A stretch of 64,000 nt of DNA from Takakia lepidozioides (Eukaryota > Plantae > Bryophyta): contig CM060731.1 in assembly GCA_030704615.1 (NCBI GenBank), positions 67,952,001-68,016,000 on the forward strand. The letters run 5' to 3'. The translations under genes were made by a program, and so were the position numbers. How positions within the stretch are numbered: position 1 is the stretch's first letter; each line of letters opens with the position of its first letter. Below the pieces are notes generated by a model. That model was given only the letters and a program-made list of their open reading frames with translations, searched no databases and was not told where the DNA came from. This document shows positions 1 to 12,712 of this stretch, piece after piece.

Positions 1-176
1 TTTTCAGTCCAAGGGTATTACTATAAATTGACTATTGCCTAAATTTGCACATTGAAGTTCAACCCAGAGTTCCTCAAACTTCTGCAATACTTCATTTCTG
101 CGTGCAAAAAAGTCAACTAGTATGGGAGGAAAGTTCGATACTTATATCTTCCCTGCTGTTCTATTTGGAGTGGCAG

Positions 177-806
177 GTCCATGCATCTCTTGCCAGCAGA
201 CGAGATTCCGGGATCACATCCAATGACAGCTTCGTCGTCCTTTACCTGAATCTGTTGGCTTTTCATCTCAAAGGAAAAACCCAAGACCACAAGGCCCAGC
301 TCGAAATATTGAAGCGGTGCGGCAGCTATTCAGAGTTCACATCTGAGCACTTCTTCAAGATGGCAATGCATGCTTGCAATGGACAGAGTGTCGAGGTTGC
401 GACAACAGCATTCCACATATGCCTCAATCTCACGCTGAGTGCTGCCTGTCCTGACTACAACCGTGTTGCAACAATTGTAAGAAAGCTGATTAACCTTGTA
501 GACTTGAATTGCAAGGACGGTCCTGAGGTGCTGGGTCTTTATAGGCAAGCAAATCAGATACTAGTGGGATTGACCAGCAAGGACTACCCAAAAGACGAAG
601 CCCAATGGCTAGTTTCCACTGCCTGGAACAGGGCTATTCATCTTGTGAAGTTTTTGCGTTTCTCCGCTGCAGAGGAGTGGATGGATGTCGCGCTGGACTT
701 GCTAAAGCATGTCCCAGCTATGGAGACCCGTAGGCCTGCCATGTTGGAGAGCTTGGGCGAATTGCTGAAGCAAAAAGGCCAACACTCATCTTACATGGAA
801 GAGTAG
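177..806 (+). CDS. ZIP4: Last exon of meiotic TPR protein ZIP4/SPO22/TEX11 (upstream exons outside window)
   Basis: C-terminal YPKDEAQWLVSTAWNRA...AEEWM motif typical of ZIP4/TEX11; AG acceptor at 175-176; stop TAG at 806. Confidence 0.8.
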   Translation, partial: VHASLASRRDSGITSNDSFVVLYLNLLAFHLKGKTQDHKAQLEILKRCGSYSEFTSEHFFKMAMHACNGQSVEVATTAFHICLNLTLSAACPDYNRVATIVRKLINLVDLNCKDGPEVLGLYRQANQILVGLTSKDYPKDEAQWLVSTAWNRAIHLVKFLRFSAAEEWMDVALDLLKHVPAMETRRPAMLESLGELLKQKGQHSSYMEE

Positions 807-1902
807 GGCTAACAGATACTTGAAGAACTTGTTAATACGAGGACGCGCTCTGATGCAAACTCACTGCTGTAGCTGTCAGTTCACAAATCCGAACTGTTTT
901 AACAAAATGTTGGTTTTTGAAGTACAGAATTTGCTTCATCTGCCTAGGCGTTCCTGGGATTTTAACATTTTGTGGACTGCAGGCAGCTTCTTAGGACTAC
1001 TTGGATCACTCTCTCTATGAAGCATCTGCTTCGCATTGAACTAACAGAACCTTGAAGAGTCTTCCTCTTCCTCTTGGCTCATCATGAAGGAAGGAGTATC
1101 TCCCTATGCTCTCCAGGCACATCAGCTTTGACAGTACTGTTCCTGACAGTGTCTCCGAAAGCAGGGGGGGGAAGCACATCCCAGAGGGAAAACAGACTTC
1201 AATTGATGGATCTTGAAAACTCAAATGGTGGTGGACGAACACTGAAGATATCAAAATCTTCCCCAGGACTGACAACCACACACCTCTCTCATCACAATGA
1301 TGACGGTTCACCCACCACTTAGAAAAAAACAAGATTTGCCAGCTCGCATTGCGGCAAGGTTTCTCTCTATCCTCATCATTGCCACACGTAAGTGCCAAAA
1401 GATAGCTGTAATGATGAATAAATTTATGCAGACAAAAATTAGAATATAATACAGATCTGAATGTTTGGAGCTTCAGAAGCTGATTAGCTCAGTCGGTTGA
1501 AGTTTTGTGCTACTAATGTGGAGAGAATGGGTTTGAAAGGTGCATGGGTCACACATGCAGATCTTCAGACTGTTGGTCGGTTTGCCATCCATCCCTCTTT
1601 TGCCGGAGAACAGGACCACCCAAGAAATGTTGGGGCATAGTAAACTGGGTGCCCGTATGTGTCCTGCTTCTTTCTTCAGGCCAAACAGTCCATACTGGCT
1701 TGCTTGCAACTAATCAAGAATCATGTCCAGCAGGCACTCCACCAAATGATGCCATTGCACCAAGGTATTAACCATTCAAGGGAGGTTCGGTAATCATCTA
1801 GACCCCCTGTAAGTGATCTCTTAGACATGAAAACTTTCTGGACCTCGTCCGTCAGCTTCCTTGTCTCTGTGCAAACAGCAATAGCCAATGGGCTTGCTAA
1901 CA

Positions 1903-4900
1903 TTACAGTCGCTTAAGGTTGATGGCTGCAAGCTCTGACTCCACAAACTCACCTGCGCAGATTGGCGGGTACTGATCTGCCGCTGCTGCCTTGACAAAGT
2001 GACCTAACGGCTGTAGCACCTCATCTGATGCAATGTGTGCAAACATCTGGCCCACCCAATCCCTGAGTTGATTAGACTGATTACCAATTCCAATCAGCAA
2101 AAAGAAGGGGATACCCTTGAGACTAGCTTAAATGAGAATCAGGCTAATGCTAGAAAAAATCCAGTTTGAATCTAAAATAGAAGATATGGAAGTCCATCAA
2201 GCTCCGATGCGACTTGGTGATCAACAACTTGTGGCAATGGAATTTTAGTAGTTCCAGTCCTGGGTTGATCTTGGAGCAATGCCAAGGGCACTCAGCAGCT
2301 TGCAGAAGCTCCACCTTCCCCGGTTGATTCAGAAACGATCCAGAGTTACTGTCCAGCATTGCATTCCCTGATACTTCCAAAGCAAATGACTGCACTTACC
2401 GTAGAAGAGACCCTCCACAAGCTGCCGCGAGCCACCCGGGCAGCTTCAACAGCCTCTTGTGTGTGCTCACTGACAATGACTTCGTGCATGCCCGCTGCAC
2501 ATTCTCCACCTGTCAGCCACTCTAGCTGTCCACATTGCCCATCCCACATTAACTACCTTCAGTCCAATATACTTGGATCATAATCCTCTTCAGAAGTTGC
2601 AGAACCCAAGCCCCTTGTTAAGGTTGTACCGAGACAGTATAAACTCGGCAGATATGTTTAGACGATTCCTTTTTTCATGCGTTAGTAGATTCAAACCCCT
2701 TTTTTGCAGTTTTCATCTGTAGCAGCCAGGGTGAGCTTCCTTAGAAGCATGTAGACACAGATTAATTCTCTTGCTCCTGTTAGTCTCTTGAAGAACACTG
2801 TGTGCACCAGAAGGGGGATGGCCAGGCAGGTGACTATAGAAAACAACCTTTACAGACTGAAACGTGTTCTAAGTGATACTCCAATGCCAAAGAAAAGTAC
2901 AAGTTGTGCTAGTCAGACTGCAGTCACCTGCTTGCCCGCTTGCAACAGGAGACAGCCTGATGGTACTTTAACTGCTACTTTGCGGCCATCTTTGAGCCAG
3001 ATAAATAATCCAGGGAAGCGACTTCGTCCGTGAATGGTAAGAAAATTGAGGTCATAGTGATAACCCGCAAACACATTGCCTTTGACACCGTATTTAGAGA
3101 GGTCGCTGCCTGTAGGTGCTAGCAGATGTGGTCCCTGATAGCGAACAACACAGAAGTGTCAGACTATAAGCTCCATCTAAAGACGTAATATAGGTAACAA
3201 CCTGGTCCATCCTATCACGGGAAGTCAGATAGAGTCAAAGGTATGCATTTCACAGTTTTACAAAGTTGCAATCAGCTCAATATGAGGATGTCCTAAGGGC
3301 TTTACACCATCACAAAGGAGCAAGTATGAGGTTTTATCTTTGTTTTTCGTGCATTATTACTCTCCCACGGTAAGAAAAATACTGGAGACCAACGCAGGGC
3401 CCATAGAGTGTTTACAGTTATCTTGACTTCAATAGAACCAAGAGCGCAAGAATTATTATGTCAAATTGGAGAGCAAGAGAGCCCATGGATACACAGTATA
3501 GCAACACATCAGAACTACAGAAAACAAAGAACACCTCGAACCCCATTCGTTGCAAGTGCATCATACAGGTAAGGAGGGAAAGAGAATGAAATGAAATGAA
3601 ATGGTACTTCATGACGTCTGAGAGAGAGAGAGATAAAGAAAGAAATTACAACATGTACAGGGGGCCCAAGGTCTATGGGGACAGATAGAACAAGAAGTGC
3701 CAAGCATTAACAAAATTGGGCAGGAGATTTGAAGTTGCCTGTGCCATCATTGAAGTAAACGCTGTCCGTGGAAGTCCAAAGCCAATTGCTGTCATCTCTG
3801 CAACAACCTGCATCAACCTACACCACTTGATAACTCAACCGTGATGGATTGTATGGGTGATGGATGCGAGGCACTATGAACAATTACCATGGACACGGCT
3901 TCAAGTATGAAATGACTTGGAACCCCACAAGGGATCTCACTTATGGGACAGATATAGACTTGCTCCTCTTTCCCCTGCAAATGCAATTGCCATAGAAATA
4001 TAAAGCTTCAATCATATTTCTAGTTGCCACCAAGGTGCAAGAAGGTGTTCAAAGTCTTAGAAATTCAAAAAAGGGGGAAGACAGAAGCTGATTGTCTTCT
4101 CTTACAGAAATCAAAGACAGATAAGAAGGAAACATTGGGTGCTGCTTTGGAGATGATGGATTTACCTCAACAGCAGACATCATTTTGTGACCCCATCCAT
4201 TCATGACCTCCACCCATTCAGGAAAACCCTCAGGAACCACCGGTTCAGCATTCAATTCCTGGGTATACACACAGTCATTGGTCAATCATCTATTTCTCTA
4301 GGACTGCAGCCAAAACAAGCCACAGCCTCAAGACACGTTTCAAAGCTGGGGCACAATCACCCAGAATCAGCACACTGACTCACTACAAGATTCACGAATT
4401 GATCTAGTGGGAGAAAGAGAGAAGGAAAGAGCGGGGGTAAGCTTTGGGAAAGTGTCAAGAACAACTTGAGAACTTGAAGACCTGGAAGCGAGTCTTGGAG
4501 GGGCGGGGGCCAATGCGCCACATATAGCGCCACTTGGGATCAGCACCAGCTGGCATGTGAGGCCGCACATCCTTGGGCAGCTGCTGCATACGTGCCTGCA
4601 GTTTCTTGTCCACCGCACAGCGTGGCACCTCTATCCCTTCTGGGGTCACTCCCACCTGCCTCTCAATCTTGTTAAATGCTTGTTGCTAGATACCCCCAAC
4701 CTATGCCTGGCATGACGTTTCCTGATCAACCTTTTGCCAGTCTTGCATATCAAACAATAAAGGGATTTTGTTTGCCCTGCTCTCTCTCCCTGTCCTCTAG
4801 GAAGCCTATTGCCATTGGGTGGACTTGATACGGGAGTACATTAATGTCTCTGTGACTAAATGCCGGCCTTGTGACCTCGTGTCCTTGTTTGTTTCGACCT

Positions 4901-7900
4901 GAAGCGCTTTGCTCTAGGTAAGGTACTGCATTGGATTTAGTTGGAAAGCTTGGGGCCTTTCCCTCTTTAGAATATGCCTACACGGGCCATTCCCTGCAAC
5001 TCCCTGGAGTGTGATCTCTGAATGGTAACAAGCGGACCCCTACCGCTTGGGGGCAGCCCCGCCGCCCAAATTGGGCAGTCGTATGCTCTGTCTAGCATAC
5101 TCGGCACTTGGGCTTGGGTTGGTTCCTGTGCTTAAACTTATAGCCTGCGACTACAATCAAAATTTTAGCTCCTATCAAAACTCCTCAGGGTGATTCCTGG
5201 GAATTGGTTACTTATGCCAAATCTAGGGCTTCATGTGTAGTTTTTGGGGTGAATCCCAGGATGGACGATGTGTCCTTTAAAACTACATGCTCTAGCTTAG
5301 GCTTGGATTTCATGGCTAATGGTACCATCTCGAGACTTGATAACAGGGGTACGTTGAAGGTTGCAATGACCAAAAGTGCTTCTAATAGAGTCCCACATCA
5401 ATTCAATCTCAAAGAAGTTCGTCCCTTGACTGGCTGGAGAGCGGTCTTAGACATTGGTGATTCAATGGGGCGCTCTAGGAAGACAACCAAGGGCAACGAC
5501 TTCAACTTGAGAGTTTCTAATCGGTTTGATGCTCTGGATGAGGTTGAATCCAAACAGCCAGAAGGACAAAATGCCCCTAAGTGTTCGGAACCTGAACGTC
5601 CTGAATCTGAAGGATTTGGTACTCTGAATGGTTTACCAATCCTCAAGGTTTACACAAGATGAACAAATTCTATACACGGGGTAATTGTCCCCAAGCCGTC
5701 AGATGGACAATCTGTCCCTAAGTGTGCAGAGCCTGAACGTCGTGTAACTGAAGGATTTGGTACTCTAAATGGTTTACCAATCCTCAAAGTCTACACAAGA
5801 CGAGCAAAATCTATACACGGGGTAATTGTCCCCAAGCAGTCTGACAGACAATCTGCCCCTGTGTGTGCGGAGCCTGTGCGTCGTGTAACTGAAGGATTTG
5901 GTACCCTGAATGGTTTACCAATTCTCAAAGTTTACACAAGACGAGCAAAATCTACACATGGGGTAACTGTCCCCCCTTTGCAGAACGGTTGGCCGTCCAG
6001 GAGCAATCACAAGCACCTAGACGAATAAACTGGTTGGAGATGTCAATGGTTATAAATGGGCAGGTAAGATGTGTACTCTCAAGGCAGCCTCTGCCAAACG
6101 CGGTCAAAAAGGGGTTGGATTCTTTGTCCGTGATTTCTTGTTTGACAATTGTGAAATTATCAACAAGGGTTTGAGGTACGAGCATAGTATCTGGCTAAAA
6201 CTGAATCTGAAGGGCGGCATGAGTACGAAGGACCTCTTTGTGGGTTGTGTTTACATGCCCACAGAGGGGACCCTTAGTGCTGACGCAGACAAAGCCTTCG
6301 AAGATGTAAAGCTGGACTGTGCTTCGTTCCTTGCCAAAGATCAGGTGGTGCTATTGGGTGACTTCAATGCCCGGGTGGGCAAAGGGCTCCATCAGGACGA
6401 TATCATTGGACCTTTTGGTGAGGACGAGCTGAATTCTAATGGCAGACGGTTAATTAACTGTCTAGAAGAGCTTCAGCTTTTGACCTTGAATAACAGGACA
6501 AGAGGTGACCAAGTGCAGTGGACTCGTGAGAAATCCCAAACTGGGGAACGTTCCATTGTGGACTATATCATAATGGACAAAAATTTGTTCCCCCAGTGTG
6601 CCAATGTGTTGATCGACAGAACTGATATTGGTACCTCTGACCACTTCCTGGTTTGGACTGAGATCAAAAGGTGTTTTCCCAACACCAAGAGATCTGTGAA
6701 ACGTTCGATTCGGAAGTGGCGCAGAGAAAAATTCCATAATGAGGAGGTCAAGGCTGAGTACGTCCAGGCCTTGCAAGAGGCTCTCCCTCATTTTGTCCAA
6801 TCGCTCCAAGAACTTCAGTCTCGCTCTGATAACGCAAGAAATGAAGTCGAAAGAGCAGTGGACTCTTGGGAGAGTTTCGTTTCCTCCGTGGCTGACAAGA
6901 TCATTGGGAGGAAACTAATTGTCTGCGGTAGAGCTGTTAATTGGTGGACCAAAGAGATTAAACTCAAGATAGCTGAGAGACGAGCCCTCTATAAAGAGTG
7001 CTGCAATTTGAAAACCAACAGAGAATTGTGGGCGAGGTACTACCAGCTCCGTAAAGATATCAATCAGCTTGTTAGGTCTCAGAAGAAATTATACTGGGAC
7101 AAGTTATACAGTGAAATAAACTCAAACCACCATGGTGGTAATGACAAGAAATTCTGGTTGGCCCTTCAACATTTGTACAAGCCGAAAAACGGTCAGCAAG
7201 TACAAGCGCTGAAGACTACTAAAGGTGCAGTGGTGACTTCATCGGTTGACATTGTCAAAACCTTTGAAACTCACTACAGTATCCTTGGCAGAGCTTCTAG
7301 GTCTAACAGTGAGGGGTCTTCTGCTGAATGGAGGGACACAGTTGGAAAAACTGTTCCTATGATTCAAAACAGCCCTGATGAACTGGAGTATATTTCAATG
7401 GCTTATAACGCTCCCATTAGTTCTTCTGAGATTGTGGAAGCAATTGAACATTTAAATGGATATAAAGCTGGTGGACCTGATGGTATTGTCAACGAGCTTA
7501 TCAAGCACGGTGGCGATCCCATGATAGAGGCCCTAGTTCTCCTCTTTAACCTTATCTGGAAGACTGAAATGATCCCCTTTCGCTGGCGACAGGGGGTCAC
7601 TGTCAATCTATACAAGAAGGGTGACAGAGAAGAACCGGGGAACTACCGTGGCATCACGCTCCTCAATGCTGTTGGCAAGACATTCTGCAGAGTTATAAGT
7701 ACTCGTCTCGAGGTTGATCTGGAGTCTAGAGGTTGTTTCCACGAAGGCCAAGCTGGCTTTCGGCGAAACAGGGGCTGTGTGGATCATATCTTCACTCTAA
7801 GCCAGATTATCCAGGGAAGGAAAAAAGAAGGGAAACCCACTTATGTTTTTTTCCTGGATGTCAAAAAGGCTTATGACACAGTGTGGAGAGATGGCCTATG

Positions 7901-10633
7901 GTTCCGCCTCTGGTCTTGTGGGATCAAGGGAAAGATGTGGAGAGTTGTCCACAACTTGTATGCTCACACCAAAAGCTGTGTCACTGTTAACGGACAGAAG
8001 TCCAACTTCTTTGACATAGACCAAGGTGTAGCTCAAGGATGTACTCTCTCCCCTCTGCTCATCAATGTTTTCATCAATCAACTCCTCGAGGATGTGGAAA
8101 GTGAGGGATTTGGGTTAAGGGTGGGTGATACCACCATACCAGCCCTTATGTTTGCAGATGACTTCGCAGGCATAGGGGAGACTCCAACCAATCTCCAGGA
8201 GTTGATTGATTGCGCGAAGAGATACTTTGATCTTTGGGGGCTAGAGGCTAATGTCAGCAAATGTGCAGTGGTAGCATTCAACGACAGAGGAGAGGGAGGA
8301 AGTGATCTTAAGTGGCAGTGGGGTAGCCAAGAGATCCCGGTCCTCCCTTCCTACACTTACCTGGGCGTTGAGTTCTCCTCCAATTGTAATTGGGATGCAC
8401 ATATCCGGAAAGTTGTTCAAACTGGCAAGGGCAAAGCTCTGGGGCTCACTAAATTTTTCCACTGCAGAGGGGTCAACTCTGAGGTTAAGAAAACCATGCT
8501 TTGTCGCGTTATTAGACCTGCCTTGGAGTACGGATCTGCTATATGGGTTGATAACTCCAACCAGGCTAAGTCTCTAGAATCCATTCAAGTGGGGGTGCTT
8601 AAGGAGTGTATGTCAGCATGCTCCAAAACAGCCAATGTGGCTGTTCGGGGTGAGTTTGGCATTCCGTCCTTAAGCTCCCGACGAGATGAATTCAAGGTCA
8701 GATGGTGGGGTCAGCTGCAACATATGCCCAACACCAGATATACTAAATTAATCGACTCTATATCTTGGAAACAGGACCGCCCTGTCAAACAGGCTAAGTC
8801 CTGGCAGAAGAGAGTAGAAGAGATCCTCAAGGACCTGGACCTGGATCCGCAAGTCTTGACCCTGCTGGATAAATCTGACTTAGAGGCTGTAGTGTCCTCA
8901 GCCATGTCTGTTGCCATGAGATTGTCTGATGAAAATGAAGTTAGGCAGAAAACTTCCCTGAACTTGTTTCCAGTCTGTGACATGGGGGAGGACATCTTGG
9001 ATGACCTCAAGGGTCTACCCACTCTCGGCACTAGACTGAAATTTAAACTCAGGGCAGGAAGCCTACCTTTGAACAGCAAACAGAAGCAGAGAGGAAAGGG
9101 AGAGTGCAATCGCCCGTTGTGTGGGCAATCTGAAGACAGTATTCATTTTCTGATACACTGTCCGGGGTTCTCTCACCAAAGAGACGCTCTCTTCAATCTA
9201 TTAAGGGAATTGTACCTGTACCCCTGTTTACCAACTTTGAAAGTCTCGAGGCTGAGCCAAAAGCCCAGGCCCTCCTGAGGCCTAGTTTTTGGGCAAATCA
9301 CACACAGCAGATTGATGCTTGTGTGAAGGGATTTCTAGAGGATATCTGGAAAACCCGGATTAATTCTTTATATGGAGGTAAGTCTTACTACCAACGTCAG
9401 CCCCTGACAGAGGTAGGTTCTGTCCCTTTTGTTCCCGCTCAAACTGGGCGCGGGGTCAATGGCCACAAGGCTACGGCAAACAACGTCTTATGGGTACAAT
9501 CTCTTGTGAGCTCTGCCCAAACTGGGGAAGGGGTCTGTGGCCACAAGGCTACGGACAATGTCTTATAAGTGATTTCTTTGAGATCCGTGGGAGATTCATT
9601 TTTCTATTCAGTGATACCCAATCTCTCACAGAGGTCTTCCATTATGAGGATCAGAAATTCTTGGCAGCTTACCTACATGAGGCCCTGAATCTTAGACAAT
9701 CCCCTTGCTTTTGGGCTGCTTGTGGGGGCCCCCTCTATCTTTTCTTCTTTCTTTCTTTCTCTTGTCCCATAAGCTCTTTGAGCTTTCCTCAGTTGCTATA
9801 GAATACTATTTCATTTCATTTTCTTTGTGTCTGTCAAAACCAATCCTGGCTGATTTACCCACCATCTGTCACCTGACTAGATTTACAGTTATTGTCTCAC
9901 AGAGTATATTATCGCTTACAAGTCAATCAGCTTTTGGACGACCTTGAGCAACAGATTGATAAATGAACCAACATTTTGCCTAGTTATAGGTCTTCTTATC
10001 AAGACTTTCAAGATTTAGCCTGGTGATACACCAACTTATGCATCAAACTAAAGCAATTCATGTGGAGACCATGATAATTAAGTGCAACGCGAGGTGACAG
10101 TTCGGGCGCGCTACAGAGGGGGCCTAGTGACCTCGCTAAGTTTTCGGCCATGGAACCTACATGGCATGGCAGAGCTGCAGATGCAATATCAAATACTTTG
10201 TGGCACGTTGAGCGCCTGCTGACTACATGCTCTGATCACATTTTCACACTGCATAAAGACTAGATGCTATTGCAAATTGTCTTGGGAACAGTTGGGGAAA
10301 GACGACCTGGTAATGCCAGTTAGGCCGCTCCTGCGCGCGCTTGGACGCAACAGATTGCCCGAAATAACGCTCCATCATATCCAAGAACTGATCATTATCC
10401 TCAGAGGAGCACCGGGGGTCGCGAATTACAATCGCCCCTGTCTCCCGCAAGCATGCTGCCACTTCCTCACAGCTCAATTTTAACCCATCATCCAGATCTA
10501 TCTCTCCTTCTGCCTTCTCATTCAACCCATCAACTAACTCTACCTTCCCATTGGAATGCCCGCAGAGATCAGGTCCGAAAAGGCCGGAACTGAATCTCAA
10601 ATAGGGCTCTATATCTATCACCGGCAGCTCCAT
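1903..10633 (-). CDS. 2-oxoglutarate/Fe(II)-dependent oxygenase (At5g48020-like). Exons 10633-10307, 4655-4482, 4258-4166, 3807-3739, 3134-2928, 2525-2400, 2046-1903
   Basis: Exons join in frame: MELPVID...RPNWHYQ|VGVTPEG...WRYMWRIGPRP|ELNAEPVVPEGF|VVAEMTAIGFG|GPHLLAPTGSDL...GYHYDLNFLTIHGRSRFPGL|LEWLTGGECAAGMHEV...WRVSST|MFAHIASD; HxD...H iron triad present. Confidence 0.9.
3578..3700 (-). mobile_element. Short 3'-end remnant related to the intronic LINE (or a SINE sharing its tail)
   Basis: Reverse complement (gggccccc...tttctttc...gaagtaccatttcatttcatttcat) resembles 9724-9822 including the (TTTCA)n tail. Confidence 0.5.
5573..5975 (+). repeat. ~2.9 copies of a 141-bp (47-codon) tandem repeat upstream of the LINE endonuclease
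   Basis: gaaggatttggtac recurs at 5609, 5750, 5891. Confidence 0.9.
6069..9568 (+). pseudogene. LINE ORF2: AP endonuclease, reverse transcriptase, C-terminal zinc finger; frameshift near 9197
   Basis: GDFNARVG, VDYI, SDH (APE); PGNYRGITLL, QAGFR, FLDVKKAYD, GVAQG, FADD, YLGV (RT); the second copy at 53141-53743 restores the frame. Confidence 0.9.
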
Positions 10634-11013
10634 ACCTCGAGGATTCACAGCTTCTTTCTTCAAAGCTAACAAACAATTTGAATGCACAACTCATCCGCAG
10701 AATTTCTGAAAATCTCTGGAAAGAAAAGTCAGGTAAGACTTTCGCAAGAATACAAATGGTGGGTGGTCAGGAAAGAGGACAAAAACAAAGGAAGGAATGT
10801 CAGGAAACAATATTCTTAGAGAAAGGAGACCTCTGGAAGTACTTAAGGATGCGGTACTGAGAGTGTAGCGAGAGGGAGAAAACAAAACAAGCGTGGATGA
10901 AAAGCAACAGCTTGAGTACACTACTGTTCCTCCTCTCATCAAGTCACCCATTCGTCTACTGTCCGTTTTCATCCGATTTAGTATATTCTACTCCTGGCAG
11001 CTGTAGCAATTGT

Positions 11014-12317
11014 ATGCAGAGGGGATCCAAGCAAGCAGGTGGGTTGAATGTTCGAGGTCGATGGCTTACACAGCGCCGGGTCACAGATCCAGGTAGGTTT
11101 TGGATCAGATAGGAAGGGGAGAATTGGGATTTGTGCCATATGTAGCAGTATGAGTGATGTGAGATTGCGAATCCATGTGTTTCTCAATCAGTCTCTAAGG
11201 TTGCTGAGTTTGAAGGAATTTCCAGAATCAAGTCTTGGAAGAGTATTAGGGTATGCTGATACCTGGGGAAATTGTGGTTGGGTTTCGACACAGATCTACA
11301 CAGCCAACTGAAGAATTGCAGCTGAGAGTAGATCCTATTCATGGAGACCTTGACACAGAGATTTATGGCCTGCACAGCAAAGTAGCCCAGCTCAAGCATG
11401 TAAGTTGTCTTTCCCCAAGGAAAAGAGATGCGTTGGCGTAGAAACACCGGAGGCATAAGATTGGTGAAGAACCGCAGAAGCCTTACTTAGGTTGAACTCA
11501 TCACCTGATTTTAGGGCAACTATGTTTCTTTCATGTATCTCGTGCCAGACCAGTGGGCAACTCCCCCTCGAAAATCTTGGCAAGACTAACGGCTTGCAGT
11601 GCAGGGTGAGAGTGAAACTCTATGGATCTGCTTTCTCAGATTGAGTAGGTCGGTTGCTAAACAAGAGAACACTCTGGCTGCCTGCGAAGTCTTGTGTAGT
11701 TCTTGGAATTTGGCCTTACAATCGGAAGACAAGGTTCCTGGATGCTAACATTTGAAGATGGGAGGGTGGATGGTGTGCCAGGTTGCCCAGCACATTGAGT
11801 CAGAGACCAAGTACCAAAATGATATCATTAATCAGCTGGTATGCCCATTCTTTACCATTGTTCATTTTGCGTAAGATTGCAGGAAGGGCGCATCATTGTC
11901 TCAGCCCACCAGTTAGCGGCATGAAAGTGAGCATAGATGTTCAGATATCATGCTGTAATTACTACAGCTTTGAAATGGATGCTCACATCAGTTTTTGTCT
12001 TAGGGTAGTATGTGCCCACTACTGTGCAGAGCAGGACAGCCTTGAGGGAGAGTGGAAATTTTCCTCTTGTCACTGGTTAGGCATCTCCCAAGGGTCTGTT
12101 ATTACCTGCAGTTGAATTGAGCTCTGTGGTTTGTCGTGGTGGCATGCAGGAGGCAACCATGGCCAAGGCACAAGCTGGTCTCAAGAGCACCTTGCGAAGG
12201 CTCAACCGGGGTTTGGCTCAGCAAGGCATCAGCCCTCTTGTCTTAGTTGTCCTCTTTGCTTTGTTTTGCTTTTTCTGTGTCTTCATATGGTCGAAAGTTA
12301 ACAGACGCTTCCATTGA
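11014..12317 (+). CDS. Bet1/SFT-like Qc-SNARE (At1g29060-like). Exons ~11014-?, 11294-11399, 11782-11838, 12150-12317
   Basis: EELQLRVDPIHGDLDTEIYGLHSKVAQLKH|VAQHIESETKYQNDIINQL|EATMAKAQAGLK...C-terminal TM VVLFALFCFFCVFIWSK; GT-AG sites clear for exons 2-4, first-exon donor uncertain. Confidence 0.85.
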
Positions 12318-12712
12318 GTCCACAAGCTGTTGTACAATAGCATTGATCATCTGGTTGAAGTCGCCCTGACCCTGTATGTCCCAGCGAGTTTTATTCGATG
12401 CAAGTCTCTCTTCACTCCTCGGTTGAAGTTTCGGTTGAAGTTTTGGCGACGTTTCAGAACTTTGTCATTGCAGGGGATTTGGACTTCCCTTTTCCTAAAC
12501 ATTGATATGCAATACTGAATACCTGTCTGTATCAATGTTAGCAACCTGATCTTTCTTAGGCGAATATTTTCAAATTGACAACAAGGAATACCCGCAGAAC
12601 AGTTTCAAAACTAAAATGCTCTCTTTCGAGAGTAGGCTTGAAGAACTTTGCCGAGTCAAGAAGTGTTTATTTCAGAATATGCAAAGGTGTGAAGCTGATA
12701 GCTGGTTAAACT

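Larger units (their letters stand above)
4700..9822 (+). mobile_element. Near full-length non-L1 LINE (RTE/RTEX-like) in intron 1 of the oxygenase, antisense to host gene
   Basis: APE + RT + CCHC ORF, upstream short ORF, (TTTCA)n 3' tail; 5' boundary approximate, no TSD recognised. Confidence 0.8.

Noticed and set aside
1015-1900. Small ORFs between ZIP4 and the oxygenase
   Set aside because: No recognisable motifs or consistent splice structure; probably UTR/intergenic
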